38,431 bases of DNA from Gemmatales bacterium (GTDB taxonomy: Bacteria; Planctomycetota; Planctomycetia; Gemmatales; HRBIN36), in the NCBI GenBank assembly GCA_041640595.1, contig JBEPZY010000002.1, positions 1 to 38,431 on the forward strand. Reading direction: 5' to 3'. The first letter of the stretch is position 1, and each line of letters begins with the position of its first letter. The notes below the pieces were generated by a model. The model saw nothing but the letters and a program-made list of their open reading frames with translations, had not been told where the DNA came from and did not search any database. Shown piece after piece: positions 27,193 to 36,949 of this stretch. The translations under genes were made by a program, and so were the position numbers.

Positions 27193-27696
27193 ATGCTTAG
27201 GGAATTGCGGGGCTGCGTATTATCGTCCGTAGCCCTGTACTCTTCAAGCCGTAAATGTTGCCCTCCAAAAAGATCCACATTGCGACGCTGCACACTGTCG
27301 TGTTTTGCCCTGTACCTGACGCTGTTCAGTGGTTCGGTGAGGGCTGACGACTACGCCGCCCTGCAAGGCAAGTGGGTCGGTTATGTCGGACGCTACGATA
27401 GCAAGGGGCGATTTCAGGAAGAAGGTTATATCGAACTGGTGATCAAGGACAAAACCATCGTTGGCTACAAGCGCGGTGGGGCATGGTTGGGAGAGGGCAC
27501 GTTTACGCTGGATAGCGCGGCGAAAACCATTACCGTGCAGGGGATCAAAGGCCAGTATCGGGAACGCTATTTGGGAAGCTACCGTTTAGAGGGGAACGAG
27601 TTTCGCTGGGCTACGACCCGTGGCGGGTCGCGTCGCGCCACCTTACCGCCCAGCCACGACGACGATGTCGTATTGGTGCTGCGCCGGCAAAAGTGA
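27193..27696 (+). CDS. Planctomycete TIGR03067-like small beta-barrel secreted protein
   Basis: AGGAG RBS before ATG 27193; hydrophobic stretch, then DDYAALQGKW...GTFTLDS..KTITV...YLGSYRLEGNEFRW...LVLRRQK. The start is uncertain. Confidence 0.65.
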   Translation: MLRELRGCVLSSVALYSSSRKCCPPKRSTLRRCTLSCFALYLTLFSGSVRADDYAALQGKWVGYVGRYDSKGRFQEEGYIELVIKDKTIVGYKRGGAWLGEGTFTLDSAAKTITVQGIKGQYRERYLGSYRLEGNEFRWATTRGGSRRATLPPSHDDDVVLVLRRQK

Positions 27697-28323
27697 AGTT
27701 TCGGAATGTTCGCTAATGGGAAGCGGAGACAGGCTCCGCGTGCGAATCGGCCAGGCGGTCGGCTTACAGGGCGAGCCGCAGTGCATCGTAGCCGTTTTGT
27801 TCCGTGAGCCGGCGAACATGGTTGGCATCACCGCAAATATGGCTGACTGATCCCGTCCTTTGACGGAGACTTGGACGAGCGTTGGGCCCCGGGAGGATGC
27901 TGATTGCGGCGGATGCTAAGCCACGGCGAATTTTGCAAAATTATTGGCTAGGCCCTGGCAGGATGCTGGTTACGGCGGATGGCCTGTTTTTTCTGGGGGC
28001 ACTTGGAAGACGCAAGGCCTACCTGTGCTTCCTCAGGTTCTGGCAAAGGGCGGCCGACCGCTAGCCACGCAGTTGGCCGGGATCGGCTAGGCTGGACGCT
28101 GCAATGATGTGAGCGCCCGCTGCGCCAGGCCAGAAAAATAGGAGTTTTCATAAGCTCTTGTCTCGGCATGTGTTGCGAAATCGCCCGCCCTTACTAAAAC
28201 TGGGGATGGGTCAGCGGGGAATCTTGTTGCCGTGGGGGGCTGGGCTAGTTAAAATCAAGCAAGGAAGATTTGTGCTGCATGGCGGGGAGATCGGTTGGGA
28301 GAATTGGCACAGGAGGTTCGACC

Positions 28324-29622
28324 ATGAGCATCAGTCGGCGGGAATGGCTGGCGGCCAGCGGGGCGATGGCGGTATCGTTTTCGGCGTGGGCGGCCCAGGA
28401 AAGCATTGCTGGCGAAGATTTGACGCAAACGGTGCGTCGGTGGAATACACGTCTGCCGATGCCGAATTTCAGGCCGGGCAATGTCAGGGTCACACGCCAA
28501 CAGAAGACCGTGGACAGAATTCCAGAAGGTTTCAAAGTACGCGTCAGCAATGCTGACCAAGTGATACCGACGCCGCTGGTGGTCAATGGCCGTGTTTATG
28601 TGGGCGGCGGGTTTTCAAGCCACGAATTCCATTGCCTGGACGGAACAACGGGGCAGGTGATCTGGACAGTCTACCTGAGCGACAACGGGCCAGCTCCGGC
28701 GGCGTACTATAACGGTGCTGTTTACGTCAACACGGAGTCGTGCACTCTATTTAGCCTGAACGCCCAGACCGGATTGCAACTATGGTCGGCGTGGCTGGGC
28801 GATCCGTTGCCGACCATGCCAGCGGTGACCGAAGGCCGGGTGTTTACTGCTTATCCAGCTCCCGGAGGGCCAGCTTTCGACGGAGGAATCAGTCGAGTCC
28901 TGGCCTGTTTAGATTCCCGAACCGGCCGGCCGATCTGGCTGCGGTGGATCGATCACGAAATCCTGTCGGCTCCGGTTGCTGATCGGGAGGATGTGTATGT
29001 GGCGACGTTCGGCGGAATGCTGTATCGGTTTCGGCAGAGTGATGGGACGGTGATGCTGGCGGTGAGAAGCCGACCCACGTCCGCTCCGGTGATTGTGGAT
29101 AAGTACGTGTTCTACAGCCGGGTCCGCGACGATACGGAACGGATCATCGCCCACAGCAACTCGAGCAATCAACTTCAGCTTGAAACCGCCGAAAACGCCC
29201 GTGCTTTCTGGCCCCAGGGCGGCGAAGCCCAGGTAGCGTATCAGTACCAGGGTTCCCGACCGCTGGTCTGGGGAGGCAGAATGTACATGAGTCTGGGCGA
29301 TGCCGTGTACTGTGTAGGTCTGGTGCACGGCATGCAGTACTGGTCGCAGAAAGTGCCCGAACCGTTGCCACCAGTTGCCGCCGGCAAAGCCTTAGTCGTG
29401 GCCACGAAACGAGGCGAACTGTTATGTTTAGAACCGGGCAGCGGTGAGGTTCTCGCCAAATACCAACTGGGTGAACGGCTCCTCTTCCCGCCGGTCGTGG
29501 TCGGTGGCAACATTTATGCGGGTACAGCTCAGGGGAACCTGATCTGCGTGAAAACCGGAGATCAGCAACTGACTGGCTGGCCCTGCTGGGGCGGCTCAGC
29601 GAACCGAAATGCCCTGGTATAA
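28324..29622 (+). CDS. PQQ-like/BamB-like beta-propeller protein with Tat signal
   Basis: AGGAGG RBS; twin-arginine leader MSISRREWLAASGA; repeated CLDGTTGQVIW, SLNAQTGLQLW, CLDSRTGRPIW motifs. Confidence 0.85.
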   Translation: MSISRREWLAASGAMAVSFSAWAAQESIAGEDLTQTVRRWNTRLPMPNFRPGNVRVTRQQKTVDRIPEGFKVRVSNADQVIPTPLVVNGRVYVGGGFSSHEFHCLDGTTGQVIWTVYLSDNGPAPAAYYNGAVYVNTESCTLFSLNAQTGLQLWSAWLGDPLPTMPAVTEGRVFTAYPAPGGPAFDGGISRVLACLDSRTGRPIWLRWIDHEILSAPVADREDVYVATFGGMLYRFRQSDGTVMLAVRSRPTSAPVIVDKYVFYSRVRDDTERIIAHSNSSNQLQLETAENARAFWPQGGEAQVAYQYQGSRPLVWGGRMYMSLGDAVYCVGLVHGMQYWSQKVPEPLPPVAAGKALVVATKRGELLCLEPGSGEVLAKYQLGERLLFPPVVVGGNIYAGTAQGNLICVKTGDQQLTGWPCWGGSANRNALV

Positions 29623-29637
29623 GCCTCAGTGGGGCGG

Positions 29638-30339
29638 CTATTTGCTGATCTTTTTGATGGCCGTCGTGGCCACGGCTCGAAATTCTTTGTTTTTGGCGAG
29701 CAATTTGTCGGCCAGCAGGTTTTTGATAACGGGAACGGCGTCGCGGGCGGCCGGACCGATGTTGCCCAATGCTTCCACGATGGCGGCCAGGATAGTCGGG
29801 CGGGACAGCTCAGTCGGCGCTTTAGCAGGAACCTTGGGCGGGTTCTTGAGCTTTTCGATGAGCGCTGGCACAGCCGCAGCAGCATCCGGGCCCATACCGC
29901 CAAGCGCTTTCGCTACCTGGATGACCATCTGGGGATCGTTGCTGGACTGCAGGAATTTAGCGAGCGGTTTGACGGCGGGTTTGCCGATTTTGGTCAGGGC
30001 TGACACTGCCGCTTCCGCTTCTTCCCGGTTTTCGGCGCGTAGCATCTGCACCAGATCGTTGACGGCTGGAGCTGCTGCTGGTCCAATCGCACCGAGAGCG
30101 CGAGCAGCAAAACGACGGACGAACTGATCAGGGTCGCGCAGTGCCGCTTGCAATGCTGGTACGGCCGACTTTGCGTCGGGGCCGAGTTTTTCCAGAGCCA
30201 CTGCCGCTTGCCGGCGAACATCCACATCCGCCGACTTGAGCGCCTTGATATAGGCCTGAACATCGTCGCCTTGAGCGAGGACAGCCGTTAGTGTGCCCAT
30301 CGCCAGAACTGTCAACCATCCGCAAGGTCGCCAGGACAT
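29638..30339 (-). CDS. Secreted HEAT-repeat (PBS lyase-like) protein
   Basis: Signal peptide, then repeats VRRQAAVALEKLGPDAKSAVPAL, VRRFAARALGAIGPAAAPAV, EALGNIGPAARDAVPVI. Confidence 0.85.
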   Translation of the reverse strand: MSWRPCGWLTVLAMGTLTAVLAQGDDVQAYIKALKSADVDVRRQAAVALEKLGPDAKSAVPALQAALRDPDQFVRRFAARALGAIGPAAAPAVNDLVQMLRAENREEAEAAVSALTKIGKPAVKPLAKFLQSSNDPQMVIQVAKALGGMGPDAAAAVPALIEKLKNPPKVPAKAPTELSRPTILAAIVEALGNIGPAARDAVPVIKNLLADKLLAKNKEFRAVATTAIKKISK

Positions 30340-30379
30340 GATTGCTTGCTCCGTGTGAAAGGCCAGCCGAGAAAAGCCG

Positions 30380-30632
30380 AGTGGTCAGTGACCAGTGGCC
30401 GGTGGCCAGCAATCGGTCGTCAGTGACCTGTGGCCAGTGGCCGGTGGCCGGGGACTCGTGGCCAGTGGTCGATGGTCGGTGATCAGGGACAGGTAGTTCA
30501 TCACCCGTGGCCAGTTGTCAGCGGCTGGTAGCCAGCGATCAGTGGTCAGTGACCGGTGACCGGCAATCGGTGACCAGTGGCCAGTGGCTCGTAGCCAGTG
30601 ATCGGTGGCCGGTAGTCAGTGACCTGTCACCA
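30380..30632. repeat. Degenerate heptamer tandem repeat (CAGTGGC/CAGTGAC/CGGTGGC)
   Basis: About 250 bp of 7-nt periodic sequence in the divergent intergenic region. Confidence 0.8.
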
Positions 30633-30743
30633 GAAGCTGGTGGTTAGGAGCAGGAGTGGTGGCCTCAAAAAGTTAGACGCGCGAGACGAAAAAGAGTTCC
30701 GCGCAGCCCCCAGGCAGGCTATAATGGCGCGGGAGAGCGACCC

Positions 30744-31145
30744 ATGCACCTGGACGATACCGTTTGTTACTGCTTTCACGTAACCCGGCGGAAACTGATG
30801 AACTTCTGCCGGTTAAGGCGTCCGCGCGTGCCCAGCTTGCTGTCGGAATGTGGCGGAGCTGGCACCGGTTGCGGCTGGTGTGTGCCGTTCCTGAAAATGA
30901 TTTTCCGCCACTGGCAAAGTGGCGAATGTGTGCCGGAACTCGAAGAAATCTCCGCTCAGGAATATGCCCGCCGGCGCAGCGACTATATCCGTTCCGGCCA
31001 CGGCAAGCCACCACCATCAGCGAAATCGTCCGCCGAGCAAAAGAGCCTGGACGGTTTGTCGGTGCAGCGTTCTGACGATGCCGGCGCAGGTTGTGGAACC
31101 GACGCCGACAGTAAGGGTACGTCATCATCGGCCAGCGGCATTTGA
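30744..31145 (+). CDS. BFD-like [2Fe-2S]-binding protein
   Basis: VCYCFHV...AGTGCGWC, the C-x-C...C-xx-C pattern. Confidence 0.8.
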   Translation: MHLDDTVCYCFHVTRRKLMNFCRLRRPRVPSLLSECGGAGTGCGWCVPFLKMIFRHWQSGECVPELEEISAQEYARRRSDYIRSGHGKPPPSAKSSAEQKSLDGLSVQRSDDAGAGCGTDADSKGTSSSASGI

Positions 31146-31197
31146 GGCCCGACCGCCGGCCCAGTGGCCTGACCGAAGCCCATTACCCGGTCGAAAA

Positions 31198-32373
31198 CTA
31201 AAAGTCGCCACCGATATCGCCACCGAAATCCCCACCGCCCCAATCGCCGGCTCCGAAGTCCCCACCGGTATCAAAATCGCCGCTTGAAAAACCGCTGCCG
31301 CTCTCGTCCCCGAAACCGCCCCCTTCCACGTCGCCGGCGTCCCAATCTTCGTCGGCTTCGTCGAGTCCTTCCACATCGGCACCCGTACCGGCAGCCGGGG
31401 GAGATTCCGCATCGAAATCGCCGCCGGTCGTAATCACCCGACCGGATTCCGGTGCGTATCGGGCGGTGGGATCATCGGGAGGCTGAGGGCCAGACATCGG
31501 CCCGCTCCCGGCGGGTGGTAACGGTTCCGCATGAGCAGTTTGGCCGCCTCGGAAAAACCGGTCGTAAACCCAGCTGCCGACCGCAGCACCCAGTGCTCCG
31601 GCCAGGAATGAACCGAGAAAACTGCCGCCTGCCGATCCTCCATAGCCACCGTAGCCCGGACCGGGACCAGTCCCGGCAACCGGAGGTGCTCCCGACCCGG
31701 TTGGCCCACTCAGAGCATGGACCAGTCCGCGGACGATGGCGAACAGAATAACCACGCCTACGCCGATCAGAATCGCCCACAGTATCCACCTGTGATCGCC
31801 GCCTCCCGCATCCGTTTCGCTTGCCGCACCACCATCGCCAGCCTGCACACCGCCGGGCTTGCCTGCAGCAACCGCGGGAGCTTGCTTACCGCGATGGGCA
31901 GCAAGAGTTTTTTCGATCCAGGCGATGCTTTCACGCAGAGCAACATCGGGCTGTTTCTGACGCAGATGCCGAACCCATAAATCGCGCAGACCATCCAGGT
32001 CTTCCCTGGAGAATCGTGTAGCCACGCTCTCATGCAGAGCGATTTCCACATGCCCGGGTTTGCGACACAGGAGGATGTAGAGGTGAGCGTGCTGTGTGGC
32101 GCGACGTTGTTCTGCCCAGCGTGCAAAAGCCGCGGCTCGTTTGTCGTTGTTCCGGATAAGTTCGGCTACATCTGCGTGCGGTTGCATGAAGGTTTCGATG
32201 ACCAGCGTCAGACCGTGGATTTTGCCCAGTTGCCGCAACTGCTTATCCGCTTGCAAGGCCACGTCGCGCGAGAAAAACTTCGCCTCGTCGAATACCTGAG
32301 CGGGCGCGGTATTCAACCATCCACCAGCCAGCAGAGCGAATATCACGATGCCCAGCAGCTTGCTCTTTGTCAT
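31198..32373 (-). CDS. TPM-domain membrane protein with Gly/Asp-rich tail
   Basis: Signal peptide; VFDEAKFFS...LVIET TPM-like N-domain; TM helix; GGDFGGD low-complexity tail; AAAAGGAG RBS. Confidence 0.72.
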   Translation of the reverse strand: MTKSKLLGIVIFALLAGGWLNTAPAQVFDEAKFFSRDVALQADKQLRQLGKIHGLTLVIETFMQPHADVAELIRNNDKRAAAFARWAEQRRATQHAHLYILLCRKPGHVEIALHESVATRFSREDLDGLRDLWVRHLRQKQPDVALRESIAWIEKTLAAHRGKQAPAVAAGKPGGVQAGDGGAASETDAGGGDHRWILWAILIGVGVVILFAIVRGLVHALSGPTGSGAPPVAGTGPGPGYGGYGGSAGGSFLGSFLAGALGAAVGSWVYDRFFRGGQTAHAEPLPPAGSGPMSGPQPPDDPTARYAPESGRVITTGGDFDAESPPAAGTGADVEGLDEADEDWDAGDVEGGGFGDESGSGFSSGDFDTGGDFGAGDWGGGDFGGDIGGDF

Positions 32374-32486
32374 GACAGGCTCCTTTTGTTGTCGCGGGCG
32401 TAATTGGGACCTGTTCCCCGTCCCAATAATTATTCGTCGGGGCCGATGGGTGATTATCTGCGTGGCAATTCAAAAAAAGTCAGGCA

Positions 32487-33755
32487 TCAGCCTTCCGCGA
32501 CACCCCGTCGGCTAAGATTGCGAACTGATTCCAGCAACGCCGGAAGGAAACGATCCAATTCCTGAGCAAATGCGTCGGGCAACCTGTCCAGCTTTTTGAG
32601 CCAGTCGCGATGCAGGCCGCGAACTTCGCCGCGCCAGATGCCGTTCTCTATCCAGACCCGCAGGGCAGGTTCCAGGTCAGGTCGAATGGAATCCAGGATA
32701 GCAACCACACGGGATTCGAGGCCGCGGTTCCGGAGTTCCCGCAGCCAATCAGCCGCTGTCGGTTGGTCTTGCCGCTGCACAATCAGGAAGGCATCTACCT
32801 CGCGGAACATGATTTCCCGACCGGGAGGAATGCGTTGGGGCGGATTGATAGCGTGATTGCCACCTGGTAAGTCGGCTACGAGCACGTCGAACAGTTCCCG
32901 GGCACGCCGGAGCTGGTCGGTGATTATCTCCTCCATTACGGAGGTCCAGTCGCGCTTTTGCGCATCGCGCAACCGTTTCGCCTGGGCTGCATCCACCATG
33001 CTGAGATACCAGTTAGGTGTGGGCGCCTGGCCGTCGCAGTCCAGTTTCCACGCACGCCATGTCCGTTGCAAATAACAATCGAAAAAGTGGCACAGAGTTG
33101 ATTTACCGACGTTCGGGTCGCCGATGACGCCCAGCACCACAGGCCGTTCCGGTGGCGGCACAGCTTCTTGCAGCCACGCCGGGTATCTGACTGGCCCACC
33201 CAGTTGTCCGGATTGCGCATCATACACTGCCACCAGGCCATCACGCGCTGACCAGCAATAGACGCGCATGACTCCAGCCCGAACAGCGGCCTGCGCGACG
33301 CGGGCATAGACCTCATTACTGGCCCGGCCACCAATCACGATTTCCCGCGGCTGGAGTTGTTGTAACTCGTCCAGCCTGGGCTGCAGCAGTCGCTCGATGA
33401 CTTGCCGGGATAACGGCGGCAGGCTGCGCAGTTGCACCCAGAATAACAGCGAGGCGGCGTCGCGCTGCGGGCGACGAATCTCACACTGGCAACCGGTCAG
33501 GTCGTCGCTACCCGGTTTGTCTCCCGGGGTCTCCACGCGGATTTCCTCCGCCCCAGCCGCACAATAAACGGCGGCAGCATGGGCATACATCCACACTGCA
33601 CCCGGCCCCGTCAGAATTACCTCGCAGCCGCTGACCGATGTTGCAGCAATCGGATTGCGTTCGAGCACACTCGGCGGCCAGTATCGGTCTTTCGAAGGTT
33701 GAAACTCGATCCGTACGACCTTGTCCGACTGCTCCGTACAAAACCACTCGTCCAT
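32487..33755 (-). CDS. Tandem Csx3(Crn3)-like domains fused to a P-loop NTPase
   Basis: Two segments resemble the Csx3 motif VxxSGRxPxWxY: VILTGPGAVWMYAHAAA and IVIGGRASNEVYARV...WSARDGLVAVY. Walker A is GDPNVGKST, followed by DCDG..PNWY and VADLPGG. Confidence 0.6.
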   Translation of the reverse strand: MDEWFCTEQSDKVVRIEFQPSKDRYWPPSVLERNPIAATSVSGCEVILTGPGAVWMYAHAAAVYCAAGAEEIRVETPGDKPGSDDLTGCQCEIRRPQRDAASLLFWVQLRSLPPLSRQVIERLLQPRLDELQQLQPREIVIGGRASNEVYARVAQAAVRAGVMRVYCWSARDGLVAVYDAQSGQLGGPVRYPAWLQEAVPPPERPVVLGVIGDPNVGKSTLCHFFDCYLQRTWRAWKLDCDGQAPTPNWYLSMVDAAQAKRLRDAQKRDWTSVMEEIITDQLRRARELFDVLVADLPGGNHAINPPQRIPPGREIMFREVDAFLIVQRQDQPTAADWLRELRNRGLESRVVAILDSIRPDLEPALRVWIENGIWRGEVRGLHRDWLKKLDRLPDAFAQELDRFLPALLESVRNLSRRGVAEG

Positions 33756-34058
33756 ACCCGGTCTCCTCGCTCAGGGCATTTCGCCGGCCAAGAAAAGCAG
33801 TCATCCAGAAACTACAGCAGGAGGGCGATAGCTCAGGTGAACCTGACACCTGTTGTCGCCCAGGCGTCCACCTTCGGAGCGCTATCTTAGTGCACGGTAG
33901 TCCCGATAACAAGCCGGCGACTTTCTGGAGTCGCGATTTCGTTGGTAACGGAGGACGTACGTCCCCTGTCTCCGGAGTTTTGCGGAGTTGGTCATGCACT
34001 TGCCTGTGTCGGCATACCCCACTCAACTCCGGAGTTTCGCGGAGTTGGTGATGCCCTT

Positions 34059-35915
34059 TCAGGTGGAGCCTTTCGTTGCGTCAGAGGACGGGTGATTCCG
34101 TGCTTGCAACAACACCAGCACCATCGGATCGCCCTGTTCGTCCACAAAGGGAAGTTGCCAGGCAACATACCAGCGGCCCGGCTGCGGCAGAGTGGTTAAT
34201 TCGCGGGGGAGCACCAGGCAATACACAGACTCACGCGGCGGTAAGCGATCCCAGCCCCGCACACGAACCACCGGCCTGCCATAGTAAAACATGATGCCTT
34301 CGTCCTTGGCCTCGAAAATGTAGAGAGTTTCGCCGGGCGGAATATGACGCTGAAGAATGGCCGCTTTGCCCACCGGATCGCGCACACTGCGGATGGGCAC
34401 GACCAGTTCGGCAAAGGCGATTTTCACTATCAGCCACGCGACCAGCAACGCCAGCAAGGTGGCCTGCCAACGCTGACGATAAACCGACTGCCACCCGGCC
34501 GACAGAACCAGAACCATCACGCCCAGTAGCAGCAGAGCCACAGGCCAGTACGACGTCGGCAAGCGATACCAGCCGACGACCAGGCTGGCCGACATCGCTA
34601 CGCTAAAACCGACCAGAAGCGTCACCAGGCCCAACTGCCCGAGTCGGCGGGTCAGTGTGCTGGCTATCGGCGACAAGGCCAGCACGCACACGCTAGCCCC
34701 GAGCCCAACCAATCCGGGAAGCAGTGGCATGTTGTGGCGGGAATCATGATCGGGTAACAGCGTAAACACCAGCAAGCTCGGCCAGACCCAGCAGTGCAGT
34801 GTGCGGAATAGGGTGACAGTCGCTGGCGATAATCCAGCGGCATTTCGACCAGATTGGTGAGCGCGACGATACCAGCCGGAAAAGCAGGCCAGGCAAGCGA
34901 ACAGCGACCAGGGCAATCCACAAATGGCGATTTTGATCGGATGCAAAGGAGTGTGCACCCAGTATCGTTCGGCGTGCTGGTGAGCCGGGGATAGTCGCGG
35001 TAAGGCTTGCTGCCAGAGCGTGTCGCGGAGTGTTTCCCAGCCGACGCGGTAGATGACGATCCCCAGCCAGCCGCCGACCAGCAGTGCTGCCAGCAGAAGG
35101 CCCAACAAGTGTTCGACACGCCGGAGCCAGAACCATCGGCGCGTCCAGCCCAGGTAAGTAAGCGCTGTCGCGTAGAAGAATATCGGTGCGTGCCATTTCG
35201 TCAGTGTGCCCAGTGCCACTGCCCCGAGCGCGACCAGCCACCAGAACATACTGGCGAGCGTTACGGGAGGTTCCGCTGCGGAAGCCGGTCGGTCAGTCGC
35301 TTCGCAGGCATCGGCGGGATGTTTGCCGTCCACCGCTCGGAAGAAGCTTACTAACGCCAGTGCCACCCAGAAGACAACGAGCATGTCAATTTCAGCCGTG
35401 GTGGCTTTGTCGAGCCAGAGCGGATTGCAACTGACCATGCAGGCAATAAGCAAAGCCTGCCGGCGATCCAGGCCGACAGGTTTTTCCAGTCCGGTATGCG
35501 CTGCCGTGCCGGGCACTGTTTGCCCCGTGTGGCGGAGCAGATGCCAGAAAATCAGCCAGGCAGTGAAGATAGTGGCCAGCGCTGCCGGAATGCGTGCGCT
35601 CCAGGTCGTTACTTCGCCGAAGCACCAGCTGACGACGGCAATGGCAGCGTACATCACCGGCCCTTTGGTCAGCAGCGGTTCGCCATACAGTGTCGGCAAC
35701 AAAAAGTCGCCGGATTGCAGCATATTGCGGCCCACGAGCGCCCGCAGAGCCTCGGTGCGATACAGAAAACCGGCGTTCAGCCCGTAAAACGCCAGAATCG
35801 CCGTCCATACCGTCAAAATCAGCCATTCCCGCCAGAGCGAAGTTCGCCCCTGGTAGGTGGCAGTTTCGACCACGATTTTTCTGTCGTCGCGCTCCCGCGG
35901 AACCAGAAGAGACAT
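34059..35915 (-). CDS. ArnT/PMT-like (GT-C) multi-pass membrane glycosyltransferase
   Basis: GCAAGGAGG RBS before ATG 35915; motifs LPTLYGEPLLTKGPVMY, WSARIPAALA, AEIDML, GTLTKW; many TM helices. Confidence 0.85.
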   Translation of the reverse strand: MSLLVPRERDDRKIVVETATYQGRTSLWREWLILTVWTAILAFYGLNAGFLYRTEALRALVGRNMLQSGDFLLPTLYGEPLLTKGPVMYAAIAVVSWCFGEVTTWSARIPAALATIFTAWLIFWHLLRHTGQTVPGTAAHTGLEKPVGLDRRQALLIACMVSCNPLWLDKATTAEIDMLVVFWVALALVSFFRAVDGKHPADACEATDRPASAAEPPVTLASMFWWLVALGAVALGTLTKWHAPIFFYATALTYLGWTRRWFWLRRVEHLLGLLLAALLVGGWLGIVIYRVGWETLRDTLWQQALPRLSPAHQHAERYWVHTPLHPIKIAICGLPWSLFACLACFSGWYRRAHQSGRNAAGLSPATVTLFRTLHCWVWPSLLVFTLLPDHDSRHNMPLLPGLVGLGASVCVLALSPIASTLTRRLGQLGLVTLLVGFSVAMSASLVVGWYRLPTSYWPVALLLLGVMVLVLSAGWQSVYRQRWQATLLALLVAWLIVKIAFAELVVPIRSVRDPVGKAAILQRHIPPGETLYIFEAKDEGIMFYYGRPVVRVRGWDRLPPRESVYCLVLPRELTTLPQPGRWYVAWQLPFVDEQGDPMVLVLLQARNHPSSDATKGST

Positions 35916-36014
35916 GATGGGCCTCCTTGCCGGGCACAGATGGATCGGCAATTCGATCTCGATGGCTTTCAAGCGTCGTGCTGGGGAAGCTGCCCGCGTG
36001 CTGCACTTTCCTGA

Positions 36015-36270
36015 CAGCGACCGAGCGATTTAGTCAGGGCGACTGAGCTTTCCTTACGGCTACCAAGCACTTTATTTGGAGCGACCGAGCACTTTCCTTT
36101 TACAGCGACCAAGCGCTTTATTCCGGGCGACTGAGCTTTCCTTACGGCGACCAAGCACTTTATTCCGGGCCACCGAGCACTTTATTTGCGGCGACCGAGC
36201 ACTTTCCTTACGGCTACCAAGCACTTTCTTCGGACGGCCGAGCACTTCATTTGCAGCGACCGATCAGCAC
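36015..36270. repeat. ~21-23-bp degenerate tandem repeat (~12 units)
   Basis: Consensus GCGACC(G/A)AGCACTTT(ATT/CCTT). Confidence 0.8.
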
Positions 36271-36384
36271 CGATTGCTCCTCCTGCACGCATGATTCGTT
36301 CACCGTGCACGGGGAATCACTACGCAAGCAGCATCGCCAGCAAAAGCCTTCCGCGGATGATCGGTGCCACATTTCGCAATGAGC

Positions 36385-36760
36385 AGCATGATTCGCCCAA
36401 GCCGAGCAGAGGCTTTCCAGGGACGACCCGTTCGCAATCGCGCAATTAGCGGCATAATTCGCCCGCGCCGAGCGGAAGCGTTCCAGCACGATTCAGTCGC
36501 CAGTTCGGGGGTAGCGCCAGTGAGGCGTCTATGCCATCCACCCGCTCGCCGTTACGATGCGTCGACCGCCTCGCAAGCGGCGACATAATTGGCCCACGCC
36601 GAGCGGAAGCTTTCCACGGATGATCTGTGATGATCTTTTTTCCAGCTCGCAAGTGGCGGCATAATTCCTCCGAGCCGAGCGGAAGCGTTTCCGAGGCCAT
36701 TCGTTCGCCAGCCCGCAGTTACCGCCTCAAATCGCTCTAGCAGAGCGGAAGCGTTCCGGG
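36385..36760. repeat. Spaced ~30-bp degenerate direct repeats
   Basis: ATAATTCGCCCGCGCCGAGCGGAAGCGTTCC-like units near 36389, 36454, 36584, 36661 and 36730. Confidence 0.65.
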
Positions 36761-36949
36761 ATGATCAGCCCGCCACGCAAGGCGACTCGCTGTGGGGAGT
36801 GGATCGTTCCTATGCGGAGTCGGGAATGGTAACCAAATCCACCCCGGCCAACAAGTCCGCTTGCGACTGCACGATAGCGAACCCATCGCACGACGAATGT
36901 TCGCCGCACAGTACGCACTCGCGGTGCGGAGATGCGCTTCCGGCGCAAG

